Shown here one piece after another: positions 21,001 to 24,991 of a stretch of 64,000 bases of DNA. Both the position numbers and the translations under genes were made by a program. Under the pieces are notes generated by a model that had not been told where the DNA came from, ran no database searches, and saw nothing but the letters and a program-made list of their open reading frames with translations. The DNA comes from Candidatus Parcubacteria bacterium (GTDB taxonomy: Bacteria; Patescibacteriota; Minisyncoccia; Phycocordibacterales; UBA918): positions 759-64,758 of the forward strand of contig JAACPT010000002.1 in the NCBI GenBank assembly GCA_009995385.1, written 5' to 3'. Every line of letters begins with the position of its first letter. The stretch's first letter is position 1.

Positions 21001-22543
21001 TATCCTCGTTTGTCTTTATAATCAGTGTCTCATTAGTGTTATCGTCCGTCACTGAGAAATTAATTTTTTCTCCGTTTGGAAGACGTAACTCATCGCCAGA
21101 GAGCACCCCGCTGGTAAATCCATCATCACTGAGAAGCGCCTGAAGGTCGGTTGGCAAAATTTCTGGAGCCTCAAGCGTAAAGAGTTCCAGCCAAGCACTT
21201 TCAACGTAGAGCGATTGTAGCGCCGATGGATCATTGTCATACCGTAGTTGCACCTGAAGCGCATCGAGTGACATCTGGTCAGCTACTTCTGGTAATGCAA
21301 AAAGATAGTACCCACCATTGATACTGTTTGATGCCTCATCATCAATAATGATTGCACCGGCTGATAACCAGGTAGCACCTTGATCAATTGAATAGAGAAT
21401 TGAAAACTCTGGAATCAAATCGCGAGTTGGCTTTACTTTGGCAGCAAAAGAAAGACGGAGCTGCGCACCAGAGACCTCTACTCCAGTATCGAGAGGATAC
21501 CCGAAATCTGACAAGGTGATGAAGTACGATCCACATTGATCAGTACAATCAGAAGCGATGGTATGAACTTGTTCATCAACCTCGTCAACAATTAAAGTGG
21601 CATCACTTATCGATGAAGTTGGAGTTGGTGATGTTATAAAATCAAACTCACTTTGTAGAGCAGGTTCAGCTACTTCACCCGATATTTCTGGCGTATCGTT
21701 TACTTCCATGACAGCAGCGTCTTCTGTTGGAGCAACCGGGATAGTGACCACTTCCTCCACCGTTTGGACGACTGGTTCACCAACTGATTCAATCAATAGT
21801 TCATTTGAACCAGAACTTATTTCATTATTTAAAACTTCATCGGTAGTGACCGTAGTATCAAACACTGCTGTAACGGCTGCCACCGCCAACGCAAACAGTG
21901 ACTCCGCATGGCGTAGCACAGTAGTTGTCGCTGTATCGATAGGATCACCTGCACCCTCTGCATCAATAAGTTCTTCACCTGACTGCAGAGATTCAATACG
22001 ATCAGTAGTCGTCGTCTGTGTTTCAGGTACCAAAATTAAATCTTCAGCTGTGGTATTTTCCGGTAGTCCAAAATCAACGCTATCATCCAAAACAGCCGGT
22101 GTAGCTGTAGCTGCCGGAATCAGTACTTCAGTAGAAAAAGCTGGCACCTCTTGACCACCAGAAATTTGTGGCTTGGTATAGGTTCGTTCACGCTCGAACT
22201 GTACTGCTTCACTAGTATTTAACGTTACGGCATTAATGCCATTAAACTCCTGAAGGAGCGCATACTCATCAAGATTTTGGAATGTAATAGTTTCAACATT
22301 ATTCCAACCAGTGGCTACAACAGCTGCTGGAAAGACGTGCGTTGTTCTGATGACATATGCATCCTTGAATAACTGCGCGTGCACGTATGGCAAGAGCACC
22401 GCTAGTAGTAAAACGAATGTCGTTATGACAGTTCCAAATTTTTTATTTTTTACACGACAAATAACACCTTTTACTAAAATCGGCGCATAAAATATAGGTT
22501 TTTTTAGTTTTTCTCCAATCTTTTGTACGTGTTTACTTATCAC
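1..22543 (-). CDS. Giant (>7,500 aa) surface/adhesin-like protein, 3'-partial (runs off the left edge); multiple DUF2341 + LamG/ConA-like modules, FN3-like, H-lectin-like and beta-rich repeats
   Basis: Manual translation from GTG 22543 (alternative GTG 22564) gives VISKHVQKIG...VITTFVLLLAVLLPYVHAQLF (N-terminal hydrophobic segment). The same frame is still open at base 2 (...LPELTLAFDPTVGPISFNNG). The ORF track has no stop-delimited minus ORF in this frame. Recurrent motifs: FPVYxDLS...FW..V..DGxDIRxT...ELPxxLVxI...TGELxF...FY.YxxN (DUF2341-like); ...IDELR (LamG-like); TYWWRVRAxDP (FN3-like). Confidence 0.93.
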   Translation of the reverse strand, partial: MISKHVQKIGEKLKKPIFYAPILVKGVICRVKNKKFGTVITTFVLLLAVLLPYVHAQLFKDAYVIRTTHVFPAAVVATGWNNVETITFQNLDEYALLQEFNGINAVTLNTSEAVQFERERTYTKPQISGGQEVPAFSTEVLIPAATATPAVLDDSVDFGLPENTTAEDLILVPETQTTTTDRIESLQSGEELIDAEGAGDPIDTATTTVLRHAESLFALAVAAVTAVFDTTVTTDEVLNNEISSGSNELLIESVGEPVVQTVEEVVTIPVAPTEDAAVMEVNDTPEISGEVAEPALQSEFDFITSPTPTSSISDATLIVDEVDEQVHTIASDCTDQCGSYFITLSDFGYPLDTGVEVSGAQLRLSFAAKVKPTRDLIPEFSILYSIDQGATWLSAGAIIIDDEASNSINGGYYLFALPEVADQMSLDALQVQLRYDNDPSALQSLYVESAWLELFTLEAPEILPTDLQALLSDDGFTSGVLSGDELRLPNGEKINFSVTDDNTNETLIIKTNEDTYQGLSEVATYFSVTNTASKAEEFSIQTYFPREVGEVVSLEMFNQNKPRTAVIPEYRPYVYHCEAGWEYVGEQLPESLDALSRQLAEDAVLAEASSRSVLPISSESTSTLEVTSEEIATTTALVFEEEAGIERVIESKEIIAVEDQIPAYSCRNTNVVRECDELDGANTACVMLDVKVAEHNMTRYEPGWEKIATAAGEQPRPGVLRKIAQFVGLGPDKKDVPAEFEVRAHTPGTYLIEPGETKYFKMDIAFPPFSNGEYWIEVIGNSEYGLLDPFWTSDWSYRMPITIDNTNGTTDLSEYQVFLEISSALTDFWNNVAADGSDIRFAQQVSTGNFSNAGTAQTNWFDPSFGGRVAITIPPLTVTEDQSNFPVYVDLSLFDAGFWAGVKSDGGDIRVTTSDGTELPIDLVEINTTAQTGELHFLASAIAAHAANTFYVYYDNTAASGYASSDPSGSQAVWTGAGYQAVYHFSDNPSTVGNVLTDETGYGHDLTVITAAPATTTGQMGTAYDFTAVSGYLASTTWTFPGGDPLVITGLYRMPVVSNSALWQWGTANQPDDMEFRPWYTGLNTAATGLHYFGATGGATYTLARATSTWSAFGTVGTTSISGNNLVFEDGVLIESVPQTVGNPTNTGAGGFSVARTGTNTWWNGQVDELRVALTTRTDERVRLETSNLSDPTHFYSIGDSQVPDNAANLTWYSTSWGKRLKFSIPQAKISANLTDFPVYIDLSMFGTEFFSAVKTDGRDIRITTGDGVTELPFELVSIDKGTNSGELYFKTNLNRNAANDFYIYYQNEDALPYSRTSTYGSNNVWTNNYLAVYHLEEDAVGTSNLNLYKDSTSNQYDGDDYNTSNSKVGLFGKGQEFGDDQNDYLILPREVLNGVSNLTTSWWHQTTIGGAQTIVSGAKDNTAAGSNEYIIYFSNTSNLQLFYQNAFESFGLSDTIGTHNTGSWNFFAVTGEDAIDEVNFYVNGVGDTENPDPQPIAPLSIANGGLIVGQEQDSLGGGFQNNQNFEGQLDELRFASVVRNKNWLAVEYANMNNVSSFVATSSAEDLAITDFVELDFWVQHFDNTSDQADIWVQVDSIPAGEETTIYMYYGSTGATSASDELATFSYSTSTDLYYVVDDSGATSISVQSLIDGNAVSIDGGTPVPLNQGERTTFATFTGSSIISTLGPISGTVTGNSTDSSDTLAPISFATTTFAVPLNRAADRWYIHAPFATTTVSTYIGNSGTASQTIVIPKNTASTSTTDPTDSGSGVDGNGIVVEATSPVLLMHRTTNPGDGIVAYPPTTRDLFGVDSNYFHLSATADNPDATVYCSVGTGGATTGTTRGEKDDITQCTTAAEGAGSAVRFTGAIQPISAVQMADGDGNEATVFWPQHEFGTRYFMTNDAAYAAVVCSPRFGDVALEVQDSAGNLVESATCSPVGNNPGKAYFNHGNGTNGDAINFTAGHQIVSTNGKPFYVIYEDVNVEQDEKNILGSVQARKFDGVTNRLIGFGAQESATIITYDDDLEQLSYRWYENTTLQTPTSSWPINASEDVEEGVAISGSGAVDDGDILRLRMNLAVTTATATVQSSAFTLQYAAAAGVGQCSSATSWHDLGEIGSTTALFRGYNNPTLEDGTTLSSTTLASSTVLASYEERNYSNLIPNEIGIGEVGEWDWVIEAVSVDINTTYCFRMVRATGHELTTYTTYPELITVGPPNTPSNLVYFDNEHTTDLTPVLEFVSIDLASDDIQYQVQVDDDPTFASVEIDRNSTAYPLNFENVTLPSDKAPFTSGNLIRFTAPTSVASSTTYWWRVRASDPLGSATASEWSLPTSFTTNQNLQTSEWFQTTGEQFTTNTLTNLTTTAGAVSASGVLGMMVSTPVDFDTAVVGNAWGEVDWSDTETVGEIRIQVEYKNGGSWQLIPNTLLPGNSTGVSIAPISLRELDTAVYNELRLVATFDGSTLSLQDWTIRWGLRVETPILGDLFDNQKTVETLPVFDFVSTDPQSDELEYEISFSTDKTFLTGSSTYNSSSSAGFANSGNGGDASPFTSGATVTYTTQVGSPFINTETYWWRVRAKDPNGDDSWSPWSNPDSFTVDTGLTVSTWFQTTKEQFEEGTLNGTIATTADAVVVNDKVGEFGKTTVTNGTWTTIDLQSIYNNPVVVASVRYTPLGDISRSARVRNKTATSFELLVTNSAGLATGSTVVDYLVVERGDWVLEDGSTGKRIVANTFSNVSDVVANPYPASGYGEDVTFSPAFAAAPAVVATISSDNDSTWAVVGLNDGNIRNNEPTASGMGIYLARGMQTAIHDPEDVDYIVMAPGHGTNNGSEFDADVSAIVHDEAPATAEAFFSPFSSAPEVVLVQQGSERGGQGGFAGLYAATIPTTNNYYPFIDEDVPADRAHTIERILAFAFENTSGVLKRYAASGLSGTVAGENIIFTDGAGPKYDNFSWNDSTPGVSDVYYQMEYEVSPGIYALIPNSIIPGNSIGTSVGPIDLTSVDINIYPVIRPVATLTCSGGNCPQINDWQLEWSEGVNMSGTLKEYDRLTAVATGTIRAAVNGTPVGGSATVAAGSWTLSNITAFSGDTVTVWVDGATESEEAVGVFVYDGTGDITGVELFEQHLSISADEEETVTNASLGLYDNLTSGDEDIFYNVDTFNNLVVCSVGACSDASIYIGPGNTYIPAAAGGTSVTTHDVINDGTIELDSNTVIVTGSWKNNATSSIDTATINFTAATGTESISSTESPLVFHTLSFGSGAGDAVFTLSAGLDLSGSLTVASGTLDRSGLAISLAGNLTTGTGGFWLGLGTTSFDGAGAKTWRDDNLITQKVGDVLIDGASTNVTALTNVGAYDIRIGTNDRLNGTSGKTIYVAGDWENNGIFSAQSGTVELIHDDRTYPPTVPGSQDWYADSNFTSRLMIETNPVEIPGVLTNFPVYIDLSTLGNDFWNSVHSDGRDIRITSGDGQTELPYDLVAIDAVTKTGELHFLTNSVDSATSTYFFIYFNNATATAYYPTDTYGSQAVWSQYEAVYHFVDDPTAVDSYVYDATTNGNHLLVEVAGLATSTGQLGQSINLIGSTGILRNAGFTWTAGNPLVTSGWYKMPAASNESLWQWGTAASPNSIEFRPWYQTTNGLHYFGVTANATYAQSPRDTTNWLHFTTIGATTTGQDNLVYQNSIEVERVTQTVANPYNNGATGLQVGREGTGGSLQAQIDELRISTVLRTSDWVEAEYSNQKTPTVFYATSSVQSYTPDVVIDEASHRIDAGGSPFYNLIFNDATTSPAFTEPSVTITNDLTIATGTVAFPTGVLTIGGSLTNNGYFMHNNGQVTFNSTAAETIELHGTEFYNGLYNVVFNGSGSWTFADSNATTSNNITINNGTVVFPTGVLAVGGFLDVNAGGFNANAGTIHFTSVESESISTKGSSFNTVIFGNDDPAFGWYNSAWGERMVIKVASTSVAGMVTDFPVYLDLSTMGNSFWAKVAVDGRDIRMTSSDGKTELPIDLVDISVGLKTGELHFLAPSLSPVVDTTFYVYFDNAAAEAPATDSVYGANAVWTEYEAVYHFNGDPTTGVPDMSGNGRNLSPLVGTPVSTVGLVGDALDLTGGNVMVGNSGWTWTAGEDLVSSGLYYQSAVDDGALWEFGTVCGANNGTCLAFLPWYTRTTGYHRFGVTTADTYTFSRNGTIWHHFTTNGRATAGQANQIFEDSILRGSVLQTVPAQNPTNTGLQLGRYTAGTYMNIKIDELRFASTTRSQQWITTEYRNLTAVKSFYSTSTQSYLEVVPSYTLDEATTVATGDVKIYYANLVAPSSNFSIGGSAFNSNGSYNPNNATTTFNSTDVGETVAFGDGAFYNLSFNGVGGGWTIATTTVLNDATLITGADFTLAPGTMLTVAGIFRNSFNEAATTWDDSILVLSGGDYTVTNRLDFGDDYATLVVSNDSDLVMWNSSVSTSTIRDTSSLYMPDFNGVNGTLRIYGAYERTSGTEYWSRDTDFDGTSLVGGGERTVSVEIGRGASIYLATSTTLVAKGAAGATTTVAAISGIYSLTVNAGTLNTEYASFTDMGPKGLSLTNGTTVNTLTAVEFGVAGGRSGITVDAATVNTQPSSEFTNIVFATTTANGIYEPAWSDQIVLTIDADAVNEDLVNYPVYVNLSHLGTAFWNGVQSDGRDIRVTTDGGVELPIDLVEINTTTKTGELYFLASAISNTANTVFYIHFNNPAAAAYGATNQYGRQAVWANYEAVYHFNENPTISITDMTGNGHNLFPTSGTPATTTGLVGTALDTTAANNVKLENLTWTWTPGDDLVSSGLYRMANFDTSALWQFGDGSGSDNGTYLSFMPWYNNTTRGYFRFGMTSGTDYSFTRNAASWHHFTTIGRATAGEVSEIYEDNILRDSVTQLLSAQNPTNTGLRIGAYQTTTYGDMDIDELRFSVTPPSANRIDAEYRNFTDATSFYATSSAETFSYNVTTDGVPATFWLFSGGTGNLYGEEHDNDDGNPGSIQWDDSNFSVTISGTVYNDDGVTPATYPVCNGSTEVVTVVLDGMTTYTASCNPLDGSFSVSGISYTGEPQIVTYLNSEAATPQTNVQIYDEITGTGTVAGVVMTVNRPSVVDGSVLVLIAGKDDDPLITAPVGWTAINTLGNTTGDQIDTGIWYRVVTDAGTEPTTYNFTADNGEGFSFWMGALINVDTVTPIDVASTWTKVQNQFEPTAPSITTVTNGALVLSAWYTYLDTQVVAPVYNWFDRANNIVNPESGNLTVSSRSMLTAGATGDVSLSGVIATRESHVGQFAFRPSTGPTGSSSMVAAAVTKTPIGNSGSPYNTIALRDQKNAYGTVAAAAAIDINRPAVENGDVLVAILGKEDDFIVTPPGGWTQGDDLIQSVGNAMYTGVWYHVVTNAGSEPVSYSFISNDDGVEEFSYWIGSFSGVDATNVFDVTPVWSNLQNVSSPTAPSINTVTPGAYVLASWYVIDDNAMDMPASPWLTLAQDVMINNRLLAVSGRTMVSAGATSDATMTNGSVDDVNVGQFALRPAAVSVADTISDMDLYQNRVIVRHENVDALTIADMVVFDHDNDSDLPFTAATGVPDLLSVQSGSGLVIWNDKTFTTGGAVALLGAGSTPADGSLLLKQSSILQAHSSDDITIGGSLYLETGATFSGSASTVDFTATNPGQSIGAAASSTITLYDVSFTGVGGNWAIQTPLISETGILVATGTVSGVANVTINDGSFSGNGTVDFTGGTTLLKKTNTLGGMRPWTFNNLTLGSGAVAGITTPASTATTSVRGTLTIAAAHFLAAGNSLWDLQGNGNVFVETGTFIEDMSTIRFSGTTPNIKQTPYYNVVIDTDRGGTVTATAPTTGLQILNNLTIGVLGTSTLNANTNDPTFSVGNNVLIGSLGTLEASNNKTLTVNGNWENDGIFNANGGTVTFSKVGGSATITAGDSPFAVLNVLGSAAYTVTENATSTGNLTITTGSFTLNPGLTLAVGGAFSNTMTDDSTTWTDTTLSFYSGTAFVMNTKTTSDTYDTIVTASGTHPRLWNSTTTVVTTNGVSSLYSMNHRDVTGELYIFGDYVNEGYSDYWSYATDFDGASLGVPRQASVYIEAGGTAQYPSGSLYIIGTSSASTTIAAQTSGTYELTIGGDTEVEMSNYVVRDTTSAGLIFTGAPHILNLSHGDLEVAIADGSTMTVGGSVITANPALNFTDIRMATTTAINAYNVTATGTSASAWRFVNVQGNLGGEAKDVDPAGDPGYLTWEDSAAIINISGAVYSDEGVTASAACDGTTKNVWLSIQGLTFASTTCAVGTGAYSFVGVGYGVGNTLTVYIKGESEKAVTVTQDPVSSISGLDLYENRVILTHESSAPMTIADMSTWDSDNDADILFNTETAGTNTLVLPANTKLIVWNNKKFTPGGNVTVSGGGAGTDYDGTLELRAGATFTAANGQVHSIGGSLLTGTGAVFTPAQSTVTFTTTGTARTIDSNNAGFYNLSFTGAGSWTVADPALLVVGDYIQSAGSVTLPSATTTIGGTFDITGGSFVANSGLLYFTATDVGNVVRFNGSDTATVRFNGTGGSWIIADTNATTTNSFTVSAGTVTLPTGTLTVGDNFIVQGSVVHAGGSVNLIGTGGGNLFTLKGNTLNNLKIIAGTGDYTMTDAGAAFLGDLFLQSGQLTVGTGTVSVGGSFDVSGGTFISSNGTLLFNSANTGEFIDTGTNDLYDVVFGSVNGGWTIVDNATTTNNFSLAAASSFTMSSGTRLYIGGVFTNNVGGTATNWNGTQVVLGSGTEYEVSGKAVATERYNILEVGTNTDISMWNSSATTTIVASSGSLYSQDHNAVNGSLYIFGDYHIATTTEHWSYATDFDGAALGGSPRAASVAIAGGSTVTVDGGTLHMLGSANSTSTVSNQGTGIYTFTASAGIFDAEYYRFRNLDADGLQILGTATIGSLSLGDFEQASDSATLITLVSTALNTNASLVVTNTRFATGGFVAGTNISLDATTTNSWLITGASGNLWGESYDVDGTDDCSSIRWDDSQCLLTEQATYRWRNDDGGEGAAPGTWFDSNWAARKRVRVVNEDATTYTDVAVKVEVAYDTDMQTDFDDVRFTDASGTTTLSYWREQYTTATAAQFWVKVPTMNADTVTELYLYYGNNTATTTSEISDVFNAYDDFDDNNLTEYSGDTAKFGTTGTFAYGGGYGLYASPNPNDKTTDGIGRTDFTISQGEIIRYMQYVDTTVGSADEVCTLFAVQSPVTANQNYGVCLEQFGTDRVSLVENVQNTDSTGTVLASSSISLVTGWYEIEIDWQTNNSIDVAVFDATGSLAATTSATDSTYTSGGFGFTFWGQNGGWDSYISWPRTATQPVVYLGAEQLQGGASWAAAQNTPTGGFLFDETARLRIGIENTGLPITNQNFRLEFAPKLAAPSCEAVTSGSFTAVPNLASCGTSAICMTTSANVTTGSPTTDHLLTAAGAFVPGQIVADTSNQSTAINVDQNKYIELEYVIKLTTNAVNDAYCFRVTDGGSTLDSYAKLPELTLAFDPTVGPISFNNG
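6010..7345 (-). repeat. Tandem pair of ~200 aa beta-sandwich-like domains inside the giant ORF
   Basis: RPSVVDGSVLVLIAGKDDD..ITAPVGWT..TGIWYRVVTDAGTEP..PTAPSITTVT..VGQFAFRP aligns with RPAVENGDVLVAILGKEDD..VTPPGGWT..TGVWYHVVTNAGSEP..PTAPSINTVT..VGQFALRP. Confidence 0.8.
7715..19970 (-). repeat. Five ~330-350 aa DUF2341+LamG-like protein modules inside the giant ORF (approx. 19970-18955, 18915-17870, 12345-11335, 10760-9750, 8720-7715)
   Basis: Each copy has a (F/Y)PVYxxLS motif, DG(R/G)DIR, ELPxxLVxI, VWxxYxAVYH and (I/L/V)DELR, and most end in FYxxS. The copies are diverged at DNA level. Boundaries are approximate. Confidence 0.85.
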
Positions 22544-22595
22544 TTTTCTGCATAGTAGCCTCACTTCAGAGATGAAGTGGACTGTATATAAGTAT

Positions 22596-22624
22596 ACCGC
22601 CCAACTACAGTGTAGTTGGGCGGT
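22596..22624. terminator. Perfect 14-bp inverted repeat (1-nt spacer) between the cohesin gene and the giant ORF; putative terminator/processing hairpin
   Basis: accgcccaactaca-g-tgtagttgggcggt. Confidence 0.55.
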
Positions 22625-22656
22625 TATCCTCATATTTTATTAGGTTTTTCTTAAAT

Positions 22657-24195
22657 CTACTTCAATACTGCTTTTACATCATTAATCTCTTTCTCTATCA
22701 AGGTCTCAGAAACTTCTAGTGCCTGCGTCAAGGCTTCAACTGCTTCTTTTTCCTTAGTTGATAGTCGTTTGCGTTTGGTAATCAAATTTATTTGGTCGTA
22801 GATTTCGTCACGCAACGCCGAAAAGATTTTTTCCATCTGATCTTGTACCTCACGAGTTTCTCGACGAAGTTTTTCTTCTCGCTCTTTCAAAGTTTTATGT
22901 TCGTACCAGAAGTAAATAATTTGAAGCAAAATGATTACCAAAAGAAGGAATACGAATAAATTGATTGGAGTAAAGAAATCCCAGATCGAACCTTCATCTA
23001 CTACCACCACTGGTTTTACCCAGCCGGCAGTAATCAGTACAGCCACACTACTCTCTCGCTTGTTACCAGCCATATCAACAGCTACTACTTTGACAGTGTA
23101 CGTGCCATTTTCGAGTTCTTTAAGGAGGTACCCCAATCTTGCTTCATCAGGACTGACTCGTAGTGGTTCTTTATCCGCCACGGTCATTTCGTAATAATCA
23201 ATACCTGACGTAACGTCATTAGCTTCAAAGCGAAGTAGTGGGAATGAGTCTGGAGAAGTACCTGCTTGCACATTAATAGCGTATGGTTCAGGTGGCGTTG
23301 TATCGATCTTGAGTTTACGGTTGGTCACTGCTCCCCAACCTACCTGATTCTTAAAGTTCACACTGACGTACTGAATACCATCTGTGACGTTGCTTTTTGA
23401 AATTACGAATTCTTCCACTGGCGGATCTATCACTGCCCCCTCGCTATCCTGGGGTTTATTTTCTGGATTGGTAGTCAGCTCAACTGCCACTACATTCACA
23501 TCAAACGGTAGTGTCCAAGAAAAGATACCTTCTGTTTTGTTATACCAAGTTTCTGGATCGAGGAATGTCTGTGAACCAACCTCTGGAGACCGTGGTGGAT
23601 CACCATAGATGATTGCTTGCTGACCGTCATCAGCTGTCGGTTCTTTTGGTGTTACTGTCGGAGTGGTATCTGACGGTGGCGGAGTAGTTGGTGTAGTAGC
23701 GGCTCCAACAGTGTACGAGCCAGGAGTGGCGTTTTTGAAAACATCAGTACCGCGTCCGTCAGCAGCAAGAATAGATGAGTTAGAAAAAGTCACTGAACCA
23801 GTCCCCTCGGTAATTGCTCGGAAGGTGATAGAAATTAGATTTGAAGGAGTCGTAAAAGGAGTGGGACTACCTCCACCAAATGTGATAGTACCAGCAGTGT
23901 TAGAAAAAGCTGGTTCTGTAGTCCATAAGGAAAAAGCCGAGCCTGTCTTACTGATACTAACAACCGAAAGCACCGTTGGATTAAACTTGAGTGTTGATTC
24001 TACCGCATTAATACTGTCAGTATTGGGAACTGCACGCAAGGTAACAGTAAAGGTCTGCCCAGCAGTATATGATCCAGTACTTGGCGCAAGTGAGAGGTCA
24101 GCAGCAAAGGTCGTACCAATGAGTAACAAAAAAAACATTGCTGTAGCAAACAACAGTTTTGTGATTTGGGCGTAGTGTCTAGTAAGGTACAACAT
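22657..24195 (-). CDS. Cohesin-domain membrane-anchored surface protein (signal peptide, cohesin, P/T linker, Ig-like domains, C-terminal TM, cytoplasmic coiled coil)
   Basis: AADLSLAPSTGSYTAGQTFTVTL...INAVESTLKFNPTVLSVVSI...GTITFGGG...ITFRA...GSVTFSNSSILAADG is cohesin-like. TM FVFLLLVIILLQIIYFWY, then a charged helical tail. ATG 24195 chosen (track start TTG 24204). Confidence 0.8.
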   Translation of the reverse strand: MLYLTRHYAQITKLLFATAMFFLLLIGTTFAADLSLAPSTGSYTAGQTFTVTLRAVPNTDSINAVESTLKFNPTVLSVVSISKTGSAFSLWTTEPAFSNTAGTITFGGGSPTPFTTPSNLISITFRAITEGTGSVTFSNSSILAADGRGTDVFKNATPGSYTVGAATTPTTPPPSDTTPTVTPKEPTADDGQQAIIYGDPPRSPEVGSQTFLDPETWYNKTEGIFSWTLPFDVNVVAVELTTNPENKPQDSEGAVIDPPVEEFVISKSNVTDGIQYVSVNFKNQVGWGAVTNRKLKIDTTPPEPYAINVQAGTSPDSFPLLRFEANDVTSGIDYYEMTVADKEPLRVSPDEARLGYLLKELENGTYTVKVVAVDMAGNKRESSVAVLITAGWVKPVVVVDEGSIWDFFTPINLFVFLLLVIILLQIIYFWYEHKTLKEREEKLRRETREVQDQMEKIFSALRDEIYDQINLITKRKRLSTKEKEAVEALTQALEVSETLIEKEINDVKAVLK

Positions 24196-24215
24196 AAGGA
24201 ACAAAAACTTAAGCG

Positions 24216-24689
24216 TTAATTCGTGCGTTTGGGTAAGCCGCGACCACCAGTAACTTTTAGTTGCACTTTTTCTTTTTCACTTGGTTTTAAGAGTGGTAAA
24301 ATGAGTATCAGTACACCATTCTTTATCTTTGCTTCCGCTTGATCGATATTAACACTTTCTGGCAAAATGATGCGACGATAGAAATCTCCCCAAATACATT
24401 CCTCGGCAACATACGAACCCTTCACATTTTTTTTTGGGAACACAATGTATTCAGGGCGTATGCGCTTCCCTTCTATCAAGACAATATCGGCATCACCCTC
24501 AATTGAGACGTGAACATCATTCATATCGGCACCTGCTGACTGAGCATACACCACGATCATACGCTCGGTTTGATACACATCAACATGAAGTTGCGCTACC
24601 TTGTCAACTGCCGTTTCTTCAGCATCAGACAACAGCGACGCATCTTCGTTGCGTACCCCTTTACCTTTTAATCTCTGCAGAAAGGACAT
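24216..24689 (-). CDS. Hsp20/alpha-crystallin family small heat-shock protein
   Basis: VDVYQT...LIEGKR...ECIWGDFYRRIILPESV...AKIKNGVLILILP. ATG 24689 lies 8 nt downstream of TATAAT. Confidence 0.9.
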   Translation of the reverse strand: MSFLQRLKGKGVRNEDASLLSDAEETAVDKVAQLHVDVYQTERMIVVYAQSAGADMNDVHVSIEGDADIVLIEGKRIRPEYIVFPKKNVKGSYVAEECIWGDFYRRIILPESVNIDQAEAKIKNGVLILILPLLKPSEKEKVQLKVTGGRGLPKRTN

Positions 24690-24740
24690 ATACAACTATT
24701 ATACTTACTTTTATTTACAGAAAGGATATTTACCCACACA

Positions 24741-24878
24741 TTACCATCTATTGAAACGTTCCCATTCCTTGAAACCGAATCGTCCCCTGGAATTGATGTC
24801 TGGAATATTTTTGCGTCGCAGCTTCGGATATGATGACGTACACCCGACCTTGATAAGAGTTATATCGATGCCACTCAT
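24741..24878 (-). CDS. Candidate 45-aa basic small protein (below the ORF-track cutoff)
   Basis: ATG 24878 to TAA 24741 gives MSGIDITLIKVGCTSSYPKLRRKNIPDINSRGRFGFKEWERFNRW. It is preceded by TGcTAAAAT 6 nt upstream, the same geometry as real genes here. Confidence 0.35.
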   Translation of the reverse strand: MSGIDITLIKVGCTSSYPKLRRKNIPDINSRGRFGFKEWERFNRW

Positions 24879-24957
24879 TCGCTTATTTTAGCATGATAGA
24901 AAGGGGTTTTTGAAGCGGGGGAAAAGCTGATTAAATAGAGAAACTATTTTACTCACC

Positions 24958-24988
24958 AAAAACACCGAGTCTATGGAATCGGTGTTTT
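24958..24988 (-). terminator. Putative intrinsic terminator after the dockerin gene
   Basis: aaaaacaccga-gtctatggaa-tcggtgtttt hairpin with a U-tract on the minus strand. Confidence 0.55.
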
Positions 24989-24991
24989 CGT

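Noticed and set aside
282-22154. Dozens of 60-185 aa ORFs in the track on both strands
   Set aside because: They are antisense or off-frame shadows of the single giant minus-strand ORF and carry no recognisable motifs.
1-22543. Alternative genetic code (TGA=Gly, code 25) as the explanation for the missing ORF
   Set aside because: The Gly-rich frame is open under code 11 with no in-frame TGA. It is missing only because its stop lies outside the window.
24750-24790. TTGAAA...CCC sigma32-like promoter near hsp20
   Set aside because: It is on the wrong strand for hsp20 and the spacing is too short.
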